A DNA stretch of 64,000 nucleotides from contig JAHFLD010000001.1 of the NCBI GenBank assembly GCA_023245035.1, forward strand, positions 719-64,718. Direction: 5' to 3'. This stretch comes from Candidatus Harrisonbacteria bacterium (GTDB lineage: Bacteria; Patescibacteriota; Minisyncoccia; UBA6257; 1-14-0-10-40-38). Below, in pieces: positions 37,158 through 44,648 of the stretch. Under the pieces are notes generated by a model. The model did not search any database and was not told the DNA's origin. It saw only the letters and a program-made list of their open reading frames with translations. Position numbers and translations under genes: made by a program. Each line of letters starts with the position of its first letter. Position 1 is the first letter of the stretch.

Positions 37158-38866
37158 ATGAAGCTGTCAAAAACTTAATCGCTCCACCGGCCATTGAAGC
37201 CGAATTTAATCACCTAAAACTCGGCGATGGTTTCGCTAAAACGATTTTTGTCTTTACCTATCCGCGATATTTGACCACCGGCTGGTTCTCACCACTCTTA
37301 AACTTGCCAAACTTGATTGATATCTCGCTCCACATCAACCCCATCGAAACTCCAATCGCGCTAAAAAATCTCCGCAAAAAAGCGGCTGAAGTTGAAGCTC
37401 AAATCAACGAAAACGAATCCAAGGGCTTGGTTCGCAATCCGATGCTGGAAACCGCTCTGCGCGATATCGAAAATCTGCGGGACACTCTCCAACAGGCCGA
37501 AGAAAACCTCTTTAGTCTCGGTGTCTACATCACACTCTATGCCCCTGATCTCAAGACGCTAAACAATCTGGAAGAGCAAATCCAGGGCTTGCTCGAATCG
37601 CGCCTGGTCTACGCCAAACCCGCCGTCTTCCGCCAACTTGAAGGATTCACCTCGGTCTTGCCGCTGGGCATCGACCGGCTTCAAATCAAGACCCCAATGA
37701 ACTCCAGTCCAATCTCCTCCTTCTTCCCCTTTGTCTCCATCAACTTAACCTCGGAAGAAGGCATCCTCTACGGCGTCAATCGGCACAACAATACCCTTAT
37801 CATCTTTGATCGTTTCTCTTTGGAGAACGCCAACATGGTGATTTTCGCCAAATCCGGCGCCGGCAAATCTTACACCACCAAGTTGGAAACTCTACGCAAC
37901 TTAATGCTTGGCGTGGACGTGATTATTGTTGATCCGGAAAATGAATACGAACGCCTCGCCGAAGCGGTAGGCGGAAGTTTCTTTCGTATCTCGCTGGCCT
38001 CTGATCACCACATCAACCCCTTTGAGATACCGGCGGTGCCCGAAGACGAAAGCCGCGGTGACGCCTTGAAATCACACATTGTCGTTCTTACCGGCCTGCT
38101 TAAAATCATGCTTGGAAAGATTACCGCCGAAGAGGATGCCTTGCTCGACCGCGCGATTACCGAGACTTACGCCTCGCGGGAAATTACTCCGGAAAAAGAT
38201 TTTTCTAAAATCCCGCCGCCGCTTTTGGAGGACTTGGAAGCAGTACTCGCCAACATGAACGGAGGACGGGGGATTGCCGAACGCCTTTACCGCTTCACCA
38301 AGGGCAGTTTTGGCGGCTTTTTGAACCAACCAACCAACGTGGAAAGTCGCAATCGCCTCGTCGTCTTCTCTATTCGCGACCTGGAAGAAGAACTTCGCCC
38401 GATTGCCATGTATATTATTCTGAATTACATCTGGAATATCGTTCGCTCCGAACTCAAAAAGCGAATTATGATTATTGATGAGGCCTGGTGGATGATGAAA
38501 CACGAAGACGGCGCCCTCTTCCTCTTTGGTCTCGTAAAACGCGCCCGCAAATACTTCTTGGGAGTAACTACGGTCACCCAAGACGTGGAAGATTTTCTGC
38601 AATCGCCTTACGGTCGCCCGATTATAACCAACTCGTCGCTCCAGCTTCTGCTCAAGCAATCGCCAGCCATGATTGATGTTGTCAGCAAGACCTTTAACCT
38701 AACCGAGGGCGAAAAAAGCCTTTTATTGGAATCCGATGTCGGCAATGGATTATTTTTTGCCGGACTCAACCGCGTGGCCATTCAAATCATCGCCTCTTAT
38801 TTGGAAGACGAGATAATCACCACCAATCCGGAACAAATCCTGGAACAGCGCGCCGCCGCCAAATAA
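37154..38866 (+). CDS. VirB4-family ATPase, C-terminal ATPase part.
   Basis: Walker A (FAKSGAGKSYTTK), IIVDPENEY, and Walker B (IMIIDEAWWMM). Confidence 0.8.
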   Translation: MNEAVKNLIAPPAIEAEFNHLKLGDGFAKTIFVFTYPRYLTTGWFSPLLNLPNLIDISLHINPIETPIALKNLRKKAAEVEAQINENESKGLVRNPMLETALRDIENLRDTLQQAEENLFSLGVYITLYAPDLKTLNNLEEQIQGLLESRLVYAKPAVFRQLEGFTSVLPLGIDRLQIKTPMNSSPISSFFPFVSINLTSEEGILYGVNRHNNTLIIFDRFSLENANMVIFAKSGAGKSYTTKLETLRNLMLGVDVIIVDPENEYERLAEAVGGSFFRISLASDHHINPFEIPAVPEDESRGDALKSHIVVLTGLLKIMLGKITAEEDALLDRAITETYASREITPEKDFSKIPPPLLEDLEAVLANMNGGRGIAERLYRFTKGSFGGFLNQPTNVESRNRLVVFSIRDLEEELRPIAMYIILNYIWNIVRSELKKRIMIIDEAWWMMKHEDGALFLFGLVKRARKYFLGVTTVTQDVEDFLQSPYGRPIITNSSLQLLLKQSPAMIDVVSKTFNLTEGEKSLLLESDVGNGLFFAGLNRVAIQIIASYLEDEIITTNPEQILEQRAAAK

Positions 38867-38869
38867 AAC

Positions 38870-39199
38870 ATGGAACCAAAAATCAGCGGAGTTGAGGCCA
38901 CACTGCTTATCATCGTCGCCGTTGTTGCCGATCTGATTGGCCTCATTCCCATCGTTAACATCATTGGTACCTTGATTAGTCTTGCCATAACCCAGGCCTA
39001 TTTTAGAATCAAAGGGGTCAAAGCCACCGCGAGCCTCGTCGCCCAGTTGATTGATTTAATCCCGGTCTTAAGCATCTTACCGGCAACCACAACCGGTGTC
39101 GCCATCGTCCTCTGGATCGACCGCCACCCAAAGGGTATTGCCGCCAAAACCACCAACCTTGCAAGCGCCATCAAAAAACCAACACCCACGCCTAAATAA
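38870..39199 (+). CDS. Small hypothetical membrane protein.
   Basis: 109 aa with two or three hydrophobic helices; directly follows VirB4. Confidence 0.35.
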   Translation: MEPKISGVEATLLIIVAVVADLIGLIPIVNIIGTLISLAITQAYFRIKGVKATASLVAQLIDLIPVLSILPATTTGVAIVLWIDRHPKGIAAKTTNLASAIKKPTPTPK

Positions 39200-39200
39200 T

Positions 39201-40058
39201 ATGAAATCTTTTGCAAAATATTCCATCATTTTTACCGCCTTAATAATAAGCATCACCCTGCGCCCTGCGCTCTCCTTGGCTCAAAACGCCAGCGATGCCA
39301 AACTCAACGTTCCAATTCCCGGCCTGGAAGACGTCAAAGTTGGCGTGAGTAACAGCACCGATAATTCCGGCAACAAGGCGCCCGATCTTGAGGGAATAAA
39401 AAAATATTTGAACGCGATCTACCGCTACGGCCTGGGCTTGGGAGCGCTAATGGCAATTCTGCGCATCGCCTATGCCGCCATTAAGTACTCAACCTCGGGA
39501 GGAAACAGCGGCTCTCAAGGCGAGGCGATGGAAATTATTAAAGACTCGCTGTGGGGGCTGGGATTGCTCTTACTCGCCACGCTTATTTTAAACGTCATCA
39601 ACCCCAAGGTTTTTACCCTGGACTCGGGTAGCGGAGGTAATGCGGGCTCTAGAAATAACTCGGGCAACACCAGCAACCAACCGCCGTCACCACCGCCAGC
39701 ACCACCCCTGCAAGCCGTTAGTGGCAGTCAAAGCGGACCAGTACCCACAGATTTCTCTGGTGCCCCAGGAAATCTAGTCAATGCGCCAGGCGTCGATCCA
39801 AATAAGTTTTATTTCTCTTGGAAAGACAACGCCAGTAATGAAACTAAATATGAAGTATATGAAATAACAGAAAATCCAACCGCCCCTTTGGGAATCTACG
39901 AAACAAAAATCGGAGAAGCTGGGCCTCAAAATGGGGGTAATGTTTTAGTTGGAACATCACTAACTAGCACCCCGGGAACAGCAAGAAGATTTGTCGTATA
40001 TGCTTACGGCCCAGATGGTCAAAGAGTAAATTCTCAACCACTCGAGATTAGCTACTAA
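39201..40058 (+). CDS. Putative pilin-like protein (VirB2/TrbC-like topology) with a C-terminal Pro-rich linker and a beta-rich extension.
   Basis: Signal peptide, then two hydrophobic helices separated by a short polar loop (AILRIAYAAIKYSTSGGNSG...GLGLLLLATLILNV), then PPSPPPAPP and an FN3-like tail. Low confidence. Confidence 0.3.
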   Translation: MKSFAKYSIIFTALIISITLRPALSLAQNASDAKLNVPIPGLEDVKVGVSNSTDNSGNKAPDLEGIKKYLNAIYRYGLGLGALMAILRIAYAAIKYSTSGGNSGSQGEAMEIIKDSLWGLGLLLLATLILNVINPKVFTLDSGSGGNAGSRNNSGNTSNQPPSPPPAPPLQAVSGSQSGPVPTDFSGAPGNLVNAPGVDPNKFYFSWKDNASNETKYEVYEITENPTAPLGIYETKIGEAGPQNGGNVLVGTSLTSTPGTARRFVVYAYGPDGQRVNSQPLEISY

Positions 40059-40486
40059 GCGATCGGTTTTATAATCACGCACCGTTCTCGGCCCTCGCCC
40101 AAACTCTCCGTTTTCACCTCCGGATGAATGGAAAGTTCAACATGAACCAACCGGCGTTCGTAGGCATTCATTGCCGGCAAATGCACCGGCGCCTTGCCGG
40201 CCAACGCCTTGCGCGCCGCCGCCTTGGCCAAGTCAACAATAATTCGCTCGCGCTCCTTGCGATAGTTGTTAACGTCTACAAAAAAAGTTCCGACGTCTAA
40301 TTTTTTAGCGATAAGACGCACCAAGTGATCAAGATCGTGCACAACCTCCGGCAAGTGCTTCTTAAACCAATCGCTTTCATTGGCAAAAACGCTCACCTTG
40401 CGGGCTTCCAGATCAAAATCAACCGCCGGCTCAACGAGCCCGAGTAATTCAACGAATTTCTTGACCTGCTCCTGAAAGGTTTCCAT
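40055..40486 (-). CDS. jag: Jag/KhpB-like R3H-domain RNA-binding protein.
   Basis: C-terminal R3H motif (MNAYERRLVHVELS) and position downstream of yidC. Confidence 0.75.
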   Translation of the reverse strand: METFQEQVKKFVELLGLVEPAVDFDLEARKVSVFANESDWFKKHLPEVVHDLDHLVRLIAKKLDVGTFFVDVNNYRKERERIIVDLAKAAARKALAGKAPVHLPAMNAYERRLVHVELSIHPEVKTESLGEGRERCVIIKPIA

Positions 40487-41183
40487 GGGGTTTTAAATCA
40501 AGTGATCGAGTAACAATGAATTGCTGGAAGATCGAAAACAGCGAAGTAACAACCCAATAAAATCCGATAGCCGCTGGAAGCTTCAATAAAATAAAAAAGG
40601 TAATCAATGGGCCGATAAAAAGCATCTGCTTACCCATGGCCGTGGCTGGAGTAGAAGCACTCTGCTTGGGCAAGGCCGCCTTGGCCTGAAAATATTGAGC
40701 AACCACCGCTAGAACCAGAACTATCATACTGGGCTTTGTAAGATCAATCAAGCCAAAAAAACTCGCCTGAATCGGCGATACGGGGGCAATAAAGGAATAA
40801 AGGCTCTTTAGCGAAGCGGTGGCGGTAAAATCATTCAAGAAAACCCGATAAAGAGCGATCAACACCGGCAACTGCAAAATCAACAAGAAAATTCCGGAAA
40901 ACGGATTAAACTTGTGCTCTTTGTACAACTCCATCAATTTCGCCGCTTGCTGGTGTTTATCGTCCTTGTGGGTCTCCTGAATTTTCTTAATATGCGGTTG
41001 CAATCTCTGCATCACCAATTGATTTTTGAAACTCTTATAAAAGAGCGGATACAAGACAAAACGAATCAAAAGCGTCAGCAATATAATAGCCAAACCAAGA
41101 TCGCGAAAAGCCACCGTGTTGTACAAAAACACCAAGGCGTTGAAAAGGGGGCGGTATAAAACCTCGGTAAAGAAAGTTTTCAT
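40449..41183 (-). CDS. yidC: Membrane protein insertase YidC (short form).
   Basis: Five transmembrane helices with the conserved LLIRFVLYPL...QLPVLIALY region. Confidence 0.85.
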   Translation of the reverse strand: MKTFFTEVLYRPLFNALVFLYNTVAFRDLGLAIILLTLLIRFVLYPLFYKSFKNQLVMQRLQPHIKKIQETHKDDKHQQAAKLMELYKEHKFNPFSGIFLLILQLPVLIALYRVFLNDFTATASLKSLYSFIAPVSPIQASFFGLIDLTKPSMIVLVLAVVAQYFQAKAALPKQSASTPATAMGKQMLFIGPLITFFILLKLPAAIGFYWVVTSLFSIFQQFIVTRSLDLKPHGNLSGAGQEIR

Positions 41184-41509
41184 ATATGGGGTAGGTAATG
41201 GGTTAAATCCCGCGCCAATCGCTCTCGCAGTTCGGCAGAACTGGGCCCGCTCGCGGGTGGCAAAAGTGTTAGCACTATATCACAAGGAGCGATCTTTGAA
41301 TAAATCAGTCGGGCCGCTCCAAAGAAAACTCTCTTTAGGCGATTTCGCTCTACGGCGGTAGCAAAAGATTTTTTTGGGGTCACCACTCCAAAACGGGGAT
41401 AACCAACGGTGGTGGAAAAAACCTTAAAAATCGCGTATTCCAACCTAATCACTTGCCCTCGCCGGCTCAAAAACTCCCCAACCCGAAGTCGTTGGGCTTT
41501 AGCCAACAT
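41180..41509 (-). CDS. rnpA: Ribonuclease P protein component.
   Basis: KAQRLR N-terminus, RNR(L)KR motif, and position between rpmH and yidC. Confidence 0.8.
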   Translation of the reverse strand: MLAKAQRLRVGEFLSRRGQVIRLEYAIFKVFSTTVGYPRFGVVTPKKSFATAVERNRLKRVFFGAARLIYSKIAPCDIVLTLLPPASGPSSAELRERLARDLTHYLPHI

Positions 41510-41514
41510 TAAAC

Positions 41515-41649
41515 TTATACGGTTAGCCGCTTCCGACCCTTGGCGCGGCGGCGACTCAAGACCTTTCGCCCGTTAGCGGTGCGATTTCTCCTCAAAAAAC
41601 CATGAGTTCTGGCTCGCTTTCTCTTCTTCGGCTGATAGGTTTGCGACAT
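41515..41649 (-). CDS. rpmH: 50S ribosomal protein L34.
   Basis: Hand translation gives [44 protein letters not shown] (44 aa). Missing from the ORF track because it is under 60 aa. Confidence 0.85.
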   Translation of the reverse strand: MSQTYQPKKRKRARTHGFLRRNRTANGRKVLSRRRAKGRKRLTV

Positions 41650-41823
41650 GGGGATTATGGTAGCAGACACCAGCCTCTCACGCAAGTCAAAAGTTCCTTA
41701 ACTAAATTAAAAAATGAGTTCTCCACAGGTAATGCACAGCTTTCACCCAAAAGCTTCTTTGACTCGCTTGTGGGTAAGCATACAATGGATAAAGATTAGC
41801 CGATTTAATTTGTATTCATCATT
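41650..41823. promoter_or_regulatory. rpmH-dnaA intergenic region with DnaA-box-like 9-mers (candidate oriC part or dnaA promoter).
   Basis: TTCTCCACA (41719), TGTGGGTAA (41768) and AATGGATAA (41786), each at most 2 mismatches from TTATCCACA / TGTGGATAA. Confidence 0.5.
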
Positions 41824-43197
41824 ATGGAGTTCGACCAACTATGGCAGTCGGCTCTTGGAGAAATAGAACTCCAAGTTTCGCGCCCAAATTTTGTGACCTG
41901 GTTTAAAAATAGCAAGCTCATCGACAAAAAAGAGGGGACGGCGCTTATTGGTCTGCCCAACAACTTTGCCAAAGAGTGGGTGGAGAACAAATACAACAAG
42001 GTAATCCTTGGGACCTTGCGTGGCATGGATGACAGCACTAAAAAAGTGGAATTTGTCGTCTACAACGAGCGTACCGCTCAAAAACCGACCATCAAATCCG
42101 GAACTAAAGTTGCTATCAATAAAAACGATGATTTTGGCCAGCTATCTTTTAGTGAGTTTAAAGTTGATCAAGTCACCAATCTAAATTCTAAATACACCCT
42201 AAGCTCCTATGTTGTCGGCAAAAGCAACGAGATGGCCTACGCGGCGGCCATGGCGGTAATTGATTCGGTGGGAAACAAATACAACCCCTTATTTATCTAC
42301 GGCGGAGTCGGCTTGGGCAAAACCCATCTTATGCAAGGCATGGGTAATGAGGTAGCTCTAAAATACGGGGGCAAAATCAGAGTGAAATACGTCTCTTCGG
42401 AAAAATTCACCAACGACGTCGTTTGGGCTATTAGAAACAAGCGCATGGAAACAGTTAAAGAAAAATATCGCCTCATTGATATGTTGATTATCGACGACAT
42501 TCAATTCATTGCCGGCAAACCCAGCACCGAAGAAGAATTTTTTCACACCTTTAACGCCCTCCATGAAAACAACAAGCAAATTATCATCTCCTCCGATCGC
42601 CCGCCAAAGTTCATTCCAACCCTCGAGGAGCGCCTCCGCTCGCGTTTTGAGGGTGGAATGGTGGTTGACATCGGGGTACCCGATTACGAACTGCGCTTGG
42701 CTATTATTCGATCCAAGCTCCAAGACAAAAAGGCTGTTTTAAGCGATGAGATCATTGACTTAGTAGCCAACAAGATTCAAAAAAACTTCCGTGAAGTTGA
42801 GGGTATCATCAATAAAATACTCTTCTACCAAAGCCGAAAAAATGGCGAGATAACCGCTAAAAACGTTGAGGAAATTATTAGCGAATCCAGTCAGGAACCC
42901 ACCAAAAACATCAACCCTAACCTGATTATTAAAGCCGTAGCTGAATTCTCCGAAATAGCGCCATTGGACCTGCTCAACAAATCTCGCAAAAAAGAAGTGG
43001 CCGAAGCCCGACAAATCCTGATGTATCTTCTGCGGGAGATGCTTCAGCTATCCTATCCTCACATAGGCCGAAGAATCGGCAAACGCGATCATACCACCGC
43101 CATTTATGCTTATGAAAAAATTGCCAGGGAAATCCAAAAAAATCCGGCCCTTAACCAAAAAATTCTTATTATCAAAGAATTAATCAGCAAGGGTTAG
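41824..43197 (+). CDS. dnaA: Chromosomal replication initiator DnaA.
   Basis: AAA+ Walker A (GGVGLGKTHL), sensor motifs, and a C-terminal DNA-binding helix-turn-helix. Confidence 0.92.
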   Translation: MEFDQLWQSALGEIELQVSRPNFVTWFKNSKLIDKKEGTALIGLPNNFAKEWVENKYNKVILGTLRGMDDSTKKVEFVVYNERTAQKPTIKSGTKVAINKNDDFGQLSFSEFKVDQVTNLNSKYTLSSYVVGKSNEMAYAAAMAVIDSVGNKYNPLFIYGGVGLGKTHLMQGMGNEVALKYGGKIRVKYVSSEKFTNDVVWAIRNKRMETVKEKYRLIDMLIIDDIQFIAGKPSTEEEFFHTFNALHENNKQIIISSDRPPKFIPTLEERLRSRFEGGMVVDIGVPDYELRLAIIRSKLQDKKAVLSDEIIDLVANKIQKNFREVEGIINKILFYQSRKNGEITAKNVEEIISESSQEPTKNINPNLIIKAVAEFSEIAPLDLLNKSRKKEVAEARQILMYLLREMLQLSYPHIGRRIGKRDHTTAIYAYEKIAREIQKNPALNQKILIIKELISKG

Positions 43198-43411
43198 TGG
43201 TGTGAATAACCGGTTAAGAAAGACTTGATATTTTGTGGAAATAAAAATTAAATTTAAAAAATAGAAACTTCTAAACACCCTAATCAACAATTCAACCGAA
43301 GTTTTGCACAATCAAAAAAAATTAAAATAAAAAAATAACCCTTATAGATTAAGTCTTAAATAAAGATTAAACTAACTTATCCACTTTTCCCCAGTTACTA
43401 CTACTACTGCT
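43198..43411. promoter_or_regulatory. dnaA-dnaN intergenic region: AT-rich with DnaA boxes (candidate oriC / DNA-unwinding element).
   Basis: TGTGAATAA (43201), TGTGGAAAT (43234), TTATCCACT (43377), and long A/T tracts. Confidence 0.55.
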
Positions 43412-44527
43412 ATGAATCTAATCATATTAAAAGATAATCTAAGAGAAGGGCTTAACACTCTTGAAAGAGCCGTGGCGGAAAGTAATACTCTGCCGATTCT
43501 CAAAAATATTTTAATTCAAACCGAAGCCGGAAAAGTTAAACTCTCGGCTACTAATTTGGAAATCGGAGTAACTAACCTTTTATTCGGAAAAATATCCGAA
43601 GAGGGAAGTGTTACGGTTCCCTTTCAGGCCTTGTATAGCATTATTGTGAATAGCGACACCGAAAGAATTAACTTAATTTCTTCAGGAACAACCCTAATAG
43701 TTAAAGGTGAAAATTACGAAGCCAAAATTCAAGGATTAAATCCGGAAGAGTTCCCAATAATTCCCAAAATAAACAATGAAACCAATAGTATTGAAATCGA
43801 TCCTGGTTCGTTTAAATCGGGCTTAAGTGATGTTTCTATCGCCGCTCACATCTCCGAGATCCGCCCGGAGATAAGCGGCATTCTCTTTGATTTTCAGATT
43901 GGTATTATAAAATTAGTAGCTACTGATAGTTTTCGTCTCGCCGAAAAAACCATTGATCACACTAAATTCAAAACCAATTTTAACCAAGGTTTTAAAACAA
44001 TTATTCCTCTTAAAACCATTCAAGAGATAATGCGGATTTTCAGCGACACCAAGCCGATTAAAATATATTTTGATAATCACCAAATACTCATAAAAAACGA
44101 AACCACCGAGCTGATTTCGCGAATTATTGAGGGGAATTATCCGGATTACGAACAAATTATTCCAAAAAACATCGAAACCGAAATTACCGTTAAAAGAGAG
44201 AATCTGGTTAACGCCTTAAAACTAGTCAGCACTTTCTCTAGTAAAACCAATGATGTTCGCCTTAAAATCACCGAAAATAGTAAGGCGATGGAATTGTATT
44301 CCATAAATCAAAGCCTTGGTGAAAATAATTATCTAATACCAATTAAAAGCAAGGGAGCGGATAATAAAAGCCTTAGCTTTAACTGGCGTTACTTATTAGA
44401 CGGCTTGAAAGCTATTAAAACCGAAGATATCTTTTTCGGCATTAACAGTAACAACCGCCCGGCGCTTCTAAAGTCACCCGAGAGCCGCGATTATTTCTAT
44501 ATTTTAATGCCAATCAAGGGAGATTAA
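43412..44527 (+). CDS. dnaN: DNA polymerase III beta sliding clamp.
   Basis: Three-domain clamp about 370 aa long with the conserved N-terminal region; directly downstream of dnaA. Confidence 0.9.
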   Translation: MNLIILKDNLREGLNTLERAVAESNTLPILKNILIQTEAGKVKLSATNLEIGVTNLLFGKISEEGSVTVPFQALYSIIVNSDTERINLISSGTTLIVKGENYEAKIQGLNPEEFPIIPKINNETNSIEIDPGSFKSGLSDVSIAAHISEIRPEISGILFDFQIGIIKLVATDSFRLAEKTIDHTKFKTNFNQGFKTIIPLKTIQEIMRIFSDTKPIKIYFDNHQILIKNETTELISRIIEGNYPDYEQIIPKNIETEITVKRENLVNALKLVSTFSSKTNDVRLKITENSKAMELYSINQSLGENNYLIPIKSKGADNKSLSFNWRYLLDGLKAIKTEDIFFGINSNNRPALLKSPESRDYFYILMPIKGD

Positions 44528-44530
44528 TCT

Positions 44531-44642
44531 TATATGCGCAACATAAGAAAACCCCGGCCGTTTTAGGCCGGTGATGAAGCGCATATAACCCCGAACGTAG
44601 TCGAGGGGTATTCCAAGGAGGCCACGGCCGTAAGGCCGTGGA
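44531..44642. terminator. Cluster of GC-rich hairpins between convergent dnaN and the PBP gene (probable terminators).
   Basis: CCGGCC-gtttta-GGCCGG nested in ATATGCGC...GCGCATAT, and CCACGGCC-gtaa-GGCCGTGG. U-tracts are weak. Confidence 0.4.
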
Positions 44643-44648
44643 GGTTCA

